DNA of 64,000 nt from a bacterium (GTDB lineage Bacteria > Arandabacterota > Arandabacteria > Arandabacterales > Arandabacteraceae). Positions 19,075 through 28,898 of the stretch are shown here, in pieces (position 1 is the first letter of the stretch; each line of letters starts with the position of its first letter). The notes under the pieces are model-generated. The model did not search any database and had not been told where the DNA came from. It saw nothing but the letters and a program-made list of their open reading frames with translations. The stretch lies in assembly GCA_029933125.1 (NCBI GenBank), contig JAOZOU010000001.1:392702-456701 (forward strand), in the 5' to 3' direction. The position numbers and the translations under genes are program-made.

Positions 19075-19548
19075 TTACTTCTCCTTCTTCCGGATAGGTC
19101 CATGATTATTGCGCCTATGCACTTGAGCAGCTGTTTCATCGAGAGCTGCCTGCTCCATCTTCTTGAGCTGCTTGATATAGCGCTCCCTCATCCGCTGCTT
19201 GAGCTTCTCGAGAGTTTTCTTCTCTCTTGAGCTCTCAAGCAGAAGCTCACGCTTAACCACTACATCCTCAACCGATCGCGAAACCTCCTCCCTGTGATTG
19301 GCAATCTCATCAGCCAAACGCTCAAGATAGGCATAGAAGATAAGTTTGCGCGATATATCGAGAGCACCTGCTTCCATTTCAGTAGTGAGCATGCGCTGGC
19401 AATCATCCTTGTGTTCACAGAGATTGACAAGTCGTGCCTCCTTGCGCTTGAGATCCTCCTTGGCTCGAGCCAGCGCTGTCTTTCGTATATCCTCCTGCTG
19501 CTTTTTCAAACTCACCACCGGCTCAAGTCTGAACTTAAAAGCAGCCAT
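19075..19548 (-). CDS. fliJ: Flagellar export protein FliJ
   Basis: FKFRLE.V, coiled coil, EKL, EQ..LDE. Confidence 0.93.
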   Translation of the reverse strand: MAAFKFRLEPVVSLKKQQEDIRKTALARAKEDLKRKEARLVNLCEHKDDCQRMLTTEMEAGALDISRKLIFYAYLERLADEIANHREEVSRSVEDVVVKRELLLESSREKKTLEKLKQRMRERYIKQLKKMEQAALDETAAQVHRRNNHGPIRKKEK

Positions 19549-19556
19549 ACTACCTC

Positions 19557-20864
19557 CTAGGATGCTAGCTCTATCAAGCGCCTAACCGTTGTCTCATAGC
19601 TCGTTGATTCATTTATCCCCTGACGCAGGAAATTGTTGATTGCTCCAATCTTCTCAATCGCCAGATCTATTTTGGGATTGCTTCCCTTTGTATAAGCACC
19701 AATGTTGATGAGATCTTCTGAATCGCGATAGGTTGCAAGGATTTCCCTTATGCGGTTGGCTGCATTGCGATGTTCCTCCGAGACGACATCGATCATGAGA
19801 CGACTCACACTATCGAGAACATCTATTGCAGGATAGTGGTTCTGATTTGCGAGTTTGCGTGACAGCACGATGTGCCCATCGAGAATAGAGCGGACGGCAT
19901 CCGCAATGGGCTCAGTCATATCGTCACCTTCAACAAGGACGGTATAGAGACCCGTTATGCTTCCAAGCTCTGATGTGCCTGAGCGTTCGAGCAATCTTGG
20001 GAGCATAGCGAAAACACTGGGGGTATAACCCTTCGATGTTGGGGGCTCACCAATCGCAAGTCCTATTTCTCTTTGTGCCATAGCCACACGCGTTACCGAA
20101 TCCATCATGAGCATCACATCGAGCCCAAGATCTCGGAAGTATTCAGCGATAGCTGTTGCCGTCATCGCACCCTTCACCCTTATGAGGGAAGCCTCATCTG
20201 AGGTGACCGCAACTACTACCGATCTCGCAATCCCTTCCTTAAGATCCTTGTCAAGAAAATCACGCACCTCTCGACCTCGTTCACCAACAAGAGCAATGAC
20301 ATTGACATCAGCCTCGCTATTCCTTGCGATCATTCCAAGAAGAACGCTTTTGCCAACACCACTGCCAGAGAAGATGCCAACACGCTGCCCTTTACCGCAG
20401 GTTAGCATCCCATCAACAGCTCTTATGCCGGTGGCAAGAGGCTGAGTGATGCGCTTGCGGCGTAGTGGATCTGGTGCGGAATGAGATACGCTGCGCTTGG
20501 CTGGTGCATTTATGGGCCCTTTACCATCAATTGGTCTTCCAAGTCCATCGACAACACGCCCCAGTAGCTCATGTCCAACATTTATTACAAAAGGCTCTCG
20601 GGTTGCGGTTACTCGACTTCCAGGGGCTATCCCGGCAACATCGCCAAGAGGCATGAGCAGAACCTTGTCATCTCTGAAGCCCACTACTTCACAGGGAACA
20701 GCCCTGTCTCCACTCTGATTTTCAATAATGCAATTTTCACCGATGGAGACCGGCGGACCGTCAGCTTCGATAACGAGTCCAATCACCTGGCACACCCTTC
20801 CACAGAGTGTGATGGGATCAAGGGTATCGACAATCGCCATATACTTTTCAGGATCTATCTTCAT
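19557..20864 (-). CDS. fliI: Flagellum-specific ATPase FliI
   Basis: GSGVGKS, GERGREV, DSVTR, GEPP..GYTPS, LDGHIVL. Confidence 0.98.
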   Translation of the reverse strand: MKIDPEKYMAIVDTLDPITLCGRVCQVIGLVIEADGPPVSIGENCIIENQSGDRAVPCEVVGFRDDKVLLMPLGDVAGIAPGSRVTATREPFVINVGHELLGRVVDGLGRPIDGKGPINAPAKRSVSHSAPDPLRRKRITQPLATGIRAVDGMLTCGKGQRVGIFSGSGVGKSVLLGMIARNSEADVNVIALVGERGREVRDFLDKDLKEGIARSVVVAVTSDEASLIRVKGAMTATAIAEYFRDLGLDVMLMMDSVTRVAMAQREIGLAIGEPPTSKGYTPSVFAMLPRLLERSGTSELGSITGLYTVLVEGDDMTEPIADAVRSILDGHIVLSRKLANQNHYPAIDVLDSVSRLMIDVVSEEHRNAANRIREILATYRDSEDLINIGAYTKGSNPKIDLAIEKIGAINNFLRQGINESTSYETTVRRLIELAS

Positions 20865-21499
20865 TTTGCTGCTCCCAACAGAGCCTTCTCGATTACATCA
20901 ATCTGACTATCTATCTGCGCATCAACACTTCCTGTCTCACCCTCAACAAGACAGCCGCCTCGCTTTATACGCTTGTCAGGTTTGATCTCAACACCCTCAT
21001 TGCTTGTGAGCCAGCCGTTTTCATGCTTTCGCAGAATTTCGAAATCGAGGTCACTCACCCTTATCACCATGCGCTGCCTCTCAGCCAGATGGTTTACGGC
21101 GTTCTTGACTACCTCACCTATGAGGCTTTCCTCAACCTCAGCAACCTTGCCAACAATCCTTCTCGCAATCTGACAGGAAAGCTTAAGTACTGCTTCTTCG
21201 GATTCCTTCAAGAGTCGTTTCCTTTGAGAAACGAGATCGTCAACCATCGACTTGAATGCCTCTATTTGCTCTTTAATCTCGCCCTCAGTAGCCTTTGCGC
21301 AGGCAGCATAGCCATCTTCATAGCCCTTGCGGTAAATCTGCGACATGGCGGATTCGGTTTGCTCATCATCGGTCTCGCCGAGTTGCTCCTCATGAGCAAT
21401 TGCTTCTTCAGCCTTGACGGGATAAGACTCCTTAGGTGTCGGCACACGTCTTATGAGCCTAAACGATAAGGTCATCTGAGGCTCCTCCACGTCCTGCAA
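20861..21499 (-). CDS. fliH: Flagellar assembly protein FliH
   Basis: GYEDG, D..I.RGGC..E..G.VDA; lies between fliG and fliI. Confidence 0.9.
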   Translation of the reverse strand: MQDVEEPQMTLSFRLIRRVPTPKESYPVKAEEAIAHEEQLGETDDEQTESAMSQIYRKGYEDGYAACAKATEGEIKEQIEAFKSMVDDLVSQRKRLLKESEEAVLKLSCQIARRIVGKVAEVEESLIGEVVKNAVNHLAERQRMVIRVSDLDFEILRKHENGWLTSNEGVEIKPDKRIKRGGCLVEGETGSVDAQIDSQIDVIEKALLGAAK

Positions 21500-22490
21500 T
21501 AACTATTTCACCTGAATCCTCAAGATTTCTTATGACCTCTATGATTGCTTGCTGAGCAGCTTCGACTTCGCTTACACGCTTGGGTCCCATGTAGTCGATC
21601 TCTTCCTGAATCATCGCTGCTGCGCGTTCAGAGATGTTCTTGAATATCTTTTCCTTTATCTTCTCGTCTGCTCCCTTCAGAGCAACTGCAAGGTTCTTGC
21701 TGTCAACTTCACGGAGCACACGCTGCATCGAGCGATCGTCAAGCAGGAGAATGTCATCGAAGACAAACATGAGTTTCCTGACCTGGCCAGCAACCTCACC
21801 ATCCTTCTCCTCAATCGCGCTCAGGATCTCATCCTCAAGTGTCCTCTCTCCTTGATTGAGAATGTCAGCAAGCGTCTTGACGCCACCCGCTACAGTCTTC
21901 TGACCACCACCTACGCCCTCGAGCTGACTCGCAAGGATACGGTTTATTTCGTGGGTAGCGTCAGGTGATATGGCATCCATAGTAGCGATCCGTAGAGCAA
22001 CCTCACCCTTTAAGCCCTCAGGCAAGGCTGCAAGAACTCTGGCAGCGAAGTCTGGCTCAAACTGAGCAACTATGAGTGCAATTGTTTGAGGATGTTCATT
22101 CTTGAGAAACTCAGCAACTGTTGGCGGACTCATCTCTTCGAGCTTGCTTATAGCTCCGGTAGTCTTCTGGCGCTTTATCCTGCCAACGATTTCGGAGGCT
22201 TTGGCTTTCCCAAGAGCTGCTTCAAGAATTTCAGCAACCTTCTCCTCACCGCCACCAGCCACCCGTGCTCCTGAAGCCATCGCACCGGTGAATTCGGCAA
22301 GAATCTGCTCCTGAAGCTCCTTTGAAACAGGTCCAAGATTTGCCATTTCCATAGCGATCTTCTCAATGTCACTTTCCTTGAGATTCTTGATGATCTTAGC
22401 CGCAGCTTCCTTGCCGAGTGTAAGCAGCACTACCGCTGCCTTTTTCGCACCCGAGAGTTCCTCCCTGGTCGCCACCTGTGCCAAGATCAC
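21459..22490 (-). CDS. fliG: Flagellar motor switch protein FliG
   Basis: KKAA.VL..LG, EHPQTIA, MFVFDD, ALKGA, SERAA.M. Confidence 0.98.
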   Translation of the reverse strand: MILAQVATREELSGAKKAAVVLLTLGKEAAAKIIKNLKESDIEKIAMEMANLGPVSKELQEQILAEFTGAMASGARVAGGGEEKVAEILEAALGKAKASEIVGRIKRQKTTGAISKLEEMSPPTVAEFLKNEHPQTIALIVAQFEPDFAARVLAALPEGLKGEVALRIATMDAISPDATHEINRILASQLEGVGGGQKTVAGGVKTLADILNQGERTLEDEILSAIEEKDGEVAGQVRKLMFVFDDILLLDDRSMQRVLREVDSKNLAVALKGADEKIKEKIFKNISERAAAMIQEEIDYMGPKRVSEVEAAQQAIIEVIRNLEDSGEIVIAGRGGASDDLIV

Positions 22491-23998
22491 TTACCTCCTT
22501 CTACCATTGAGCTGATGACACCTGCCGCTTGATCGGGATTGCGTTCAGCGAGTCTGGCGATCTGGGCGGCAATTCGAGTTGCTTCGACATCACCGGCTTC
22601 ACTCACGCCTTTGCGACTTTCACCGCCTACAGTTAGATTGACTGAGGAGTACGAGGCGGCACCGATGATGCCAGCAACCTTTTTGATCATCTTGAGAATC
22701 ATGATGAGCGCGAAGACAAGCCCAGCAAGATAAGCACCTTTGCGGGCAATTGACAGATAGAATTGCATCCTGAGCATCTTCTCCATCCCTTGCTCTTCAT
22801 CTGCCAGATAGCTCCTGTCAAAGGCGATGCTCGCTATTTCAAAATAGTCATTACGCATATCATCAAAGCCAACAGCGCTCTTTACGATGCTTGCGATCTT
22901 GGCAAGCTCCTCATCGGAGCGCGGCACAAAGCGCTTGGTTGCATTCTCACCTTCACCTTCGGTCTCATACTTCCCATCAACCATGACAGCAACTGAAAGC
23001 CGCTCGATGTTGCCAACCTCACCAGCGATGTTTTCGATTGTCTTGTCGAATTCATAATTGGTGACAGATGATTCACTTGTTCCTCCGGCACCACCATCAC
23101 TGCTTTCAGTGCGTTCCTCACTTATCACAACCCCGCTTTCGGGGTCATTGCGCTGAATTGTTCTCTCAATCCTTTCGAGATTGAGCTCAGCTGCAACACG
23201 GACGATGCTCTTTCCGGGTCCGAGCACACCATCAAGAAGGGTTTGGGCTTTGCCCTCAAGATATGCTTCGACTTGCTGTTTGAGCTCGAGTGCATCGCCC
23301 GGCTGACCCTGGCCATTGAAGAAACCCTTCGAGAGCAAGGTACCTTTAGAATCGAGGATCGTCACACGCTCTGGATCAAGTCCCTCAACAGCGCTTGCTA
23401 CCAGATAGGCTATTCCCTCGACGTGCTTGCGTGAGAGACTGCTTGCGGGATTTGTTTTGAGCACAACCGAGGCTGTGGCTGCCTGCTGATCCTCCTTGAA
23501 GAGGGATTTCTCAGGTACCACGATGTGCACCCTTACGCCTTCGACCTCATCCATCTGCATTATCGTCTTAGCAAGCTCACCTTCGAGAGCACGCCTGTAG
23601 TTTACCTTTTGAAGAAACTCCGTCATTCCGAAGACAGTCTTATCGAAGATCTCAAAACCTACCGTTCCACTCCTGGGATAGCCTTCGCTCGCTAGCTCTA
23701 TACGTGCGTCATAGACCTTACTGCTGGGAACAAGGATTGTTCCCCCTCCGCCCGCGAGGCGATAGGGTATGTTACGTTGCTCAAGCTTCTCAACGATCTG
23801 GCCTGCCTCCTCAGGTGCTAGGCCAGAATAGAGAACAGAATAGCCAGCACGAGAGATCACCCATGCCCCAACCACCACAGCAATGATTACGGCTGCAATC
23901 GTGCCTCCGACCATGATCCTTTGGCCAGGTGTTAAGTTTTTCCAAACCGAAAAGACCCGAGGAGTTTGACCTTGTTCTGCCATGCTATCCCCCGTCAC
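22487..23998 (-). CDS. fliF: Flagellar MS-ring protein FliF
   Basis: GFEIFD, RALEGELA, VRVHIV.P, ASVVL, RLSVAV.VDG; two TM helices. Confidence 0.97.
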   Translation of the reverse strand: MTGDSMAEQGQTPRVFSVWKNLTPGQRIMVGGTIAAVIIAVVVGAWVISRAGYSVLYSGLAPEEAGQIVEKLEQRNIPYRLAGGGGTILVPSSKVYDARIELASEGYPRSGTVGFEIFDKTVFGMTEFLQKVNYRRALEGELAKTIMQMDEVEGVRVHIVVPEKSLFKEDQQAATASVVLKTNPASSLSRKHVEGIAYLVASAVEGLDPERVTILDSKGTLLSKGFFNGQGQPGDALELKQQVEAYLEGKAQTLLDGVLGPGKSIVRVAAELNLERIERTIQRNDPESGVVISEERTESSDGGAGGTSESSVTNYEFDKTIENIAGEVGNIERLSVAVMVDGKYETEGEGENATKRFVPRSDEELAKIASIVKSAVGFDDMRNDYFEIASIAFDRSYLADEEQGMEKMLRMQFYLSIARKGAYLAGLVFALIMILKMIKKVAGIIGAASYSSVNLTVGGESRKGVSEAGDVEATRIAAQIARLAERNPDQAAGVISSMVEGGK

Positions 23999-24018
23999 TT
24001 GAGATCAATTTCCGTTAA

Positions 24019-24327
24019 CTAAACCGTGATTCTTGAAAGCTCATGATAGGTTTCGAGAATCCCATTCCTTATCTGGACAAGCAATTCGATCGCCAGATTT
24101 GCCTTGTTCACAGCCATGATGACGTCATGGACATCATTTATGTTGCCCGATGCAAAGTCCTCTATTGCCCTGTTAGCATCTCCTTCAGCCTGAACAGCCT
24201 CTTCGAGCACCCCTTTGATTATCTTTGTAAAAGATTGAGCCTTACCTGGTTCAGCCTGTGGCACCTCAGGTTTGGGCTTGAAAATGTCAGGATGCTGAAT
24301 GATGCGGTCGATGCGTATATCCGACAT
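24019..24327 (-). CDS. fliE: Hook-basal body protein FliE
   Basis: DVHDV..A..KA, QIRN..LE.Y.EL; ATG 24327 behind GGAGG. Confidence 0.95.
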   Translation of the reverse strand: MSDIRIDRIIQHPDIFKPKPEVPQAEPGKAQSFTKIIKGVLEEAVQAEGDANRAIEDFASGNINDVHDVIMAVNKANLAIELLVQIRNGILETYHELSRITV

Positions 24328-24337
24328 CCTTACCCTC

Positions 24338-24841
24338 CTATATCTCGAGTGCCTTCTCCACCATAGACTTAAAGGCATCCATGGCAGCAATGTTGGCTTC
24401 GTAGGCTCGAGTTGCTGCCATCATGTCAACCATCTCCTCAACGGGATTGATATCCGGGTAAGCCACATACCCATCGCTATTGGCATCAGGATGACTTGGA
24501 TCATAGACGTACTTGACACGGTCAGGTGGAGCTTCGACAACCTCAGCCTCAATTGTCGGTTCCTCGCTCTCAACAGCTCTTGAGACATCCCTGCTCATGT
24601 GCCTTATGTGCTGAGGAGATGTGATCCTGAGAGCAAGCCGTGGAGAACTCGCTTTCACCCTATGAGTCCTCGTTTGCGTCTTTTCACGAACCCGTATTGT
24701 CTTCTTGCGGTACGGAAGCCCATCCTTGGCTCGAGTTGTCTCAGCATTTGCAATATTTGAAGCAATTGCTTCCATCTTTTTGCGTTGTGCTGCAAGTCCA
24801 CTGCCTATCGTCCTCATGATTCCAAACAAGAGGTCCGACAT
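24338..24841 (-). CDS. flgC: Basal body rod protein FlgC
   Basis: ASNIANAETT, YDPSHPDA..GYV.YP, EMVDM..RAYEAN. Confidence 0.97.
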   Translation of the reverse strand: MSDLLFGIMRTIGSGLAAQRKKMEAIASNIANAETTRAKDGLPYRKKTIRVREKTQTRTHRVKASSPRLALRITSPQHIRHMSRDVSRAVESEEPTIEAEVVEAPPDRVKYVYDPSHPDANSDGYVAYPDINPVEEMVDMMAATRAYEANIAAMDAFKSMVEKALEI

Positions 24842-24857
24842 CAGCTAATCCTCCTCA

Positions 24858-25259
24858 TCAAGGCTTTCCGGTTATGGCTGTTCTTAAAGTTGCGAGTCTT
24901 CGTGACATGAGCTTGGCAACGGTCTCGTAGGCAAGCTGTGCATCAGCGAGTTCAGCAGCACTTCTTTCAAGCTGATATGTCTCATCCCCTCCAGCCTCAT
25001 AATCGATAACTTCTCTGATCTGCCCCTCGCTTCGCGAAGTCTTGAGAGATCCAAGGTGGCGAGGATTGGTTTGCTTGAGCTCGACCTTGCCTAGTGCCCT
25101 GTTGAGCTCGCCTGTGAACTCAACTCTGCGAGGTATATATTCGTCACTCCCTGCATTCGCCAGGTTGCGGGCAGCAACTTTCTGCCTTGCTGCCTGTACA
25201 TCCAGCAAATGCCTAAGCAGGTCAACCGTGTTCTCGTTGTTTATGCCAATTCCGCTCAC
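24858..25259 (-). CDS. flgB: Basal body rod protein FlgB (divergent)
   Basis: RQ.V.A.NLANA, T.PRH; first gene before flgC. Confidence 0.85.
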   Translation of the reverse strand: MSGIGINNENTVDLLRHLLDVQAARQKVAARNLANAGSDEYIPRRVEFTGELNRALGKVELKQTNPRHLGSLKTSRSEGQIREVIDYEAGGDETYQLERSAAELADAQLAYETVAKLMSRRLATLRTAITGKP

Positions 25260-25303
25260 GACTCCTCCTCAACATATTCACATTCCAGCGCTTTTAGCCT
25301 ATG

Positions 25304-25319
25304 AGCAAGTTCTGCGCCA
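25304..25319 (-). promoter_or_regulatory. Sigma-54 (-24/-12) promoter for the flgB operon
   Basis: Minus strand TGGCGCAGAACTTGCT with GG-N10-GC spacing, about 45 bp upstream of flgB. Confidence 0.85.
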
Positions 25320-25376
25320 GAGAGACACCCTTGATCTTCATACACATAATTTCTTGGAAACAAAGAAGTTACCTTT

Positions 25377-26777
25377 CTAAGGAACCGTCACGGTTCGCTT
25401 CTGGTGCGGAAGCGGGTGGGACATTTCTTCCGCACCCTGAGAAATGTCTTCCTCTCGATAGGCTTTGAGCTTGTTGCGAAGTGTTCGCGTGGATATGCCC
25501 AGCTTCCTGGCTGCCTTAGTGCGATTCCAACCGACTGCCTCCAGCGTCTTGAGAACCATCATCTTTTCCATCTCACGCAGACTCGTTCCTGGATCAAGAT
25601 TGAGAGCATCTTTCCTTATGTGAGTAATTGGCGGAATTATGTCACCTCGAGTGATCACATCGCCGCGCGTGACAATCATCGCTCTTTCAATACAATTCTC
25701 AAGCTCGCGCACATTCCCGGGCCAGTTGTGCTCCATAAGGAGCTCAAGAGCATCTTGAGCTATCCCCTTTACACGACCATTGCACAGTGGACGATAGCGC
25801 CGTATGAAGTGTTCGACGAGCTCAGGAATGTCCTCACGCCTCTCCCTGAGAGGAGGAAGATCTATTGGAAAAACGTTGAGTCGATAGAAGAGATCCTCCC
25901 TGAAGCGTCCAGCCTTCATCTCCTCAGCCAGACATTTGTTGGTAGTTGCAATCACTCGCACATCCACTTTGCGAGTTTCATGAGCTCCAATTCTTTCAAA
26001 TTCCTTCTCCTGAAGCACCCTCAGCACTTTTGCCTGCGTCTGGACACCTATCTCGCCGATCTCATCGAGAAGAATCGTTCCCCCATCGGCGAGTTCAAAT
26101 TTACCCCTGCGAGTGCGCAAGGCGCCAGTGAAGGCACCCCTTTCGTGTCCGAAGAGCTCACTTTCGATCAAACCATCCGGCAGGGCTGCACAATTCAGCC
26201 TGATGAAGGGTTTGTCAGCACGCTTGCTGAGCCGCTGAATCTCCCTGGCAACAAGCTCTTTACCTGTTCCTGTCTCCCCTGTGATTAGTACAGTCGACGA
26301 TGTAGGAGCTACTATCTGGATCATCTCGAGAACCTCTAGCATCTTCGGGCTCGAGCCGACAATTTGGATAGAGGCATCACTTCGCGGACCCTTCTCAAGT
26401 CTCTCATCAAGGGCTTTCTCAACGAGAGATTCTATCTGGCTGGCATCAAATGGCTTTATGATGTAGTCGAAAGCCCCAAGCTTCATAGCCTCCACAGCGC
26501 CATCAATTGTGCCATAGGCAGTCATCATGATAAGTGGAGTCCTCGGATGCTCACTCATGAGAGCCTTAAGTACTTCGATGCCATCACAATCAGGTAGTCT
26601 GCGGTCCACAAGAACAACATCATAGCGATGCTTGTGAATCATCTGCGTAGCGGTTTTTCCGTCAAATACCTGGTCAACATGGTAGCCCTTGCGCACAAAT
26701 ATCTCTTTGAGAAAGTCGTTAATCAGCTTTTCGTCGTCCGCTATGAGCATCCTTTTGGCTTCGCATCGCTCCTTCAT
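25377..26777 (-). CDS. Sigma-54-dependent response regulator (FleR/FlrC/NtrC-like)
   Basis: REC domain, GETGTGKE, ESELFGHERGAFTGA, FREDLFYRLNV, WPGNVREL, Fis-type HTH. Confidence 0.95.
   Translation of the reverse strand: MKERCEAKRMLIADDEKLINDFLKEIFVRKGYHVDQVFDGKTATQMIHKHRYDVVLVDRRLPDCDGIEVLKALMSEHPRTPLIMMTAYGTIDGAVEAMKLGAFDYIIKPFDASQIESLVEKALDERLEKGPRSDASIQIVGSSPKMLEVLEMIQIVAPTSSTVLITGETGTGKELVAREIQRLSKRADKPFIRLNCAALPDGLIESELFGHERGAFTGALRTRRGKFELADGGTILLDEIGEIGVQTQAKVLRVLQEKEFERIGAHETRKVDVRVIATTNKCLAEEMKAGRFREDLFYRLNVFPIDLPPLRERREDIPELVEHFIRRYRPLCNGRVKGIAQDALELLMEHNWPGNVRELENCIERAMIVTRGDVITRGDIIPPITHIRKDALNLDPGTSLREMEKMMVLKTLEAVGWNRTKAARKLGISTRTLRNKLKAYREEDISQGAEEMSHPLPHQKRTVTVP
25413..25433. 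promoter_or_regulatory. Candidate enhancer element for the flgB promoter (inside the 3' end of the regulator gene)
   Basis: CGGGTGGGACATTTCTTCCGC, matching the element at 1123-1143. Confidence 0.65.
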
Positions 26778-26807
26778 ATCAGCCCCTCCACTTTAGGCTC
26801 TCTAATC

Positions 26808-28091
26808 TCATCTCCTTGGAATAAGTAGAATGAACTTGCTACCACCCTTGTCCTGTCTTTCATAGCGAACCTCGCCACCGTGAAGGGTGACAGCTCGCTG
26901 AACAGCTGAAAGTCCAAGCCCCATTCCACTGGACTTGGTCGTGAAGAAGGGAGTAAAGACATCCTTGATGATCTCATCAGGAATGCCAGGACCCGTATCG
27001 CAAACCTCTATGCAAACATAATCACGCAAAGATTTTTCGCTATCGCCGCGATTTGATCTGCTTCTGTAGCTTGAAGTGCCTACCTTAACCGAGATCTTGC
27101 CCTCATTGCCGACGGCTTCAAGAGAGTTTCTCAGAAGGTTCACGAGAGCTTGCCTCATGCGTGCCCTATCGACCCTGCACAACAGGCTGGTGTCAGAAGC
27201 AAGAACCTCAAAACTTACATTTCTGTCCTCACCCCGAGCTGCCATCTCAAACATCTCAACTATCCGCCTTACCTCATCAAGCAGATCGATGTGCTCAAGC
27301 TTGAGTGAGATATCGCATCCCGCATCAAGGAGATCTCTTACTATTCCCTCCAGGGTAGCGATTCCCTCGCTGAGACGCTTTACGAGCCTGGTTGCCCCAG
27401 GATTGTCAACGAGATCTCTTTCTAGGAGATTGGCAAAACCCTTTATTCCGCCAAGTGGATTGCGGATTTCGTGAGCTATCGTAGCTGCCACCTCCCCCAT
27501 GGCAGCCAGCTTTCGCATCCTTTCAAGCTCCTCCTCAAGAAGCTTCATCCTCCGAAGATCGTTTAAGATTTCAATCGCACCAGCTAGAGTTCCGTCAGCA
27601 TCAACAATTAGGGAAGTACTGAAACTGACAGGGACACTTTCCCCATCCCGAGTAAGAATTGTCTTCTCCTCCTGATCAATCGGATAGCCAGAAGCCAGCG
27701 TGTAAAGTGGGGTTTGCCTTACTGGAACGTCCCTACCGATTGTTTGGCAGTAGTGCTCCCCAAGTATGCTTTCACAAGAGTAACCCGTAAGTATCTCAGT
27801 AGCTTTGTTGATGACGGCAATGCGACCTCGGGTATCGACTGCAACAACACCGGAAGGTATGGCAGTTAGAACATTTTCCAAGAAGACAGACGTTTCGGCA
27901 TAACGGCGGAGTGCAGCGGCAAGCCGCTTGTTTGTCACCTCAAGATCGCTGTTTATACCCTGTACTGAAGCCTGAAGCTTGCTGCATGCCCCACGCAGCT
28001 CGTCTATTGCCTCTTTGAGATTTCCTACGGGAATGGCAACTGATGCGGCCTCAGAAACTTGCTCTTTCACCTTTGTCGTTGAAGATGTCAT
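26808..28091 (-). CDS. Cytoplasmic PAS histidine kinase (FleS/FlrB-like)
   Basis: PAS domain, AHEIRNPLGG, NLLRNSLEA, DTGPGI, FFTTK..GMGLGL; no TM helix. Confidence 0.93.
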   Translation of the reverse strand: MTSSTTKVKEQVSEAASVAIPVGNLKEAIDELRGACSKLQASVQGINSDLEVTNKRLAAALRRYAETSVFLENVLTAIPSGVVAVDTRGRIAVINKATEILTGYSCESILGEHYCQTIGRDVPVRQTPLYTLASGYPIDQEEKTILTRDGESVPVSFSTSLIVDADGTLAGAIEILNDLRRMKLLEEELERMRKLAAMGEVAATIAHEIRNPLGGIKGFANLLERDLVDNPGATRLVKRLSEGIATLEGIVRDLLDAGCDISLKLEHIDLLDEVRRIVEMFEMAARGEDRNVSFEVLASDTSLLCRVDRARMRQALVNLLRNSLEAVGNEGKISVKVGTSSYRSRSNRGDSEKSLRDYVCIEVCDTGPGIPDEIIKDVFTPFFTTKSSGMGLGLSAVQRAVTLHGGEVRYERQDKGGSKFILLIPRR

Positions 28092-28094
28092 GAT

Positions 28095-28454
28095 TTAGAC
28101 CATCCTCCCTGATATGGGAATGCCCTTCGAACAAAGCAGGCACTCAAGTTTTGTTTCAGCCTCTATGAGCTGGCGAAGTTCCATCATGAGCTCGCCAAAG
28201 CTCATCTTGAGATCTTCGGGAATGCTTATGCTCGGCCGACCCGCTTGATCAATGCGGAGTTCGGACGTGATCGTGCTTGAGAGCTGCCTCAAGCTATCAA
28301 CGCGCTCCTTCTTGGCTTCGAGAATCGATACAACCTCATCTATAGCTGCACCCTCATTGAGTCTCCCATCAAGATGGCGCGTTAGACCATGCAGTTCACT
28401 TACAATGTCATGTGCAGTCTCGATCATGAGTTTTATATCCTCAACTGAAGTCAC
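28095..28454 (-). CDS. Hypothetical helical protein heading the flagellar regulatory operon
   Basis: 119 aa, amphipathic helices, 3 bp from the kinase start. Confidence 0.65.
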   Translation of the reverse strand: MTSVEDIKLMIETAHDIVSELHGLTRHLDGRLNEGAAIDEVVSILEAKKERVDSLRQLSSTITSELRIDQAGRPSISIPEDLKMSFGELMMELRQLIEAETKLECLLCSKGIPISGRMV

Positions 28455-28550
28455 TTTCCCTATCTCACAGCTGTTCTCGTATCCCTATGTATGCGACTTA
28501 GCCTTCTTACGATAGTCTCCCCAGGAGTTGGGAATCCTTTTGTAAAATCT

Positions 28551-28805
28551 GGAATTTTTTGCCCACCCGAGCTTGGCTTCCTTAGAGGCGGCAATTCTTG
28601 CCGCATCAACTCATCGCTTGTCATATGTTGTGGGCTTTCCTCTTGCTTAGCTAACCGTAGGCGATTTCGTGCACGCATTACGCTTTTGGAAATCGACATA
28701 TTGTTGCCTGAAGTTTAGCTTTTTTGGCAGGAGCCTGAAAGAAAGAGCTCAAATAGGCACATTTTTCCGCTGTGGTGGTTGCAGTCAAAGGGGGAAATTC
28801 TTGCC
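28551..28805. promoter_or_regulatory. Cluster of four 13-bp GG(A/C)A-N5-T(G/T)CC motif copies
   Basis: GGAATTTTTTGCC at 28551, GGCAATTCTTGCC at 28590 (inside palindrome GCGGCAA-TTC-TTGCCGC), GGCACATTTTTCC at 28756, GGAAATTCTTGCC at 28793. Confidence 0.6.
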
Positions 28806-28846
28806 TGTTAGTATCTTGACCCCAGATGCCAAAGCAGATCAGGTCT

Positions 28847-28875
28847 TTCGCATCGCAAATACTTTTTGCTATATT
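28847..28875 (+). promoter_or_regulatory. Putative sigma-70 promoter
   Basis: TTCGCA-N17-TATATT with extended TG, upstream of GTG 28899. Confidence 0.45.
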
Positions 28876-28898
28876 AAGAATATGCGAAGGAGTATGAG

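Noticed and set aside
25404..26288. Long antisense ORFs (294 aa here; also 7341-8042 and 5946-6554)
   Set aside because: They are shadows of well-supported genes on the opposite strand and have no protein-like motifs.
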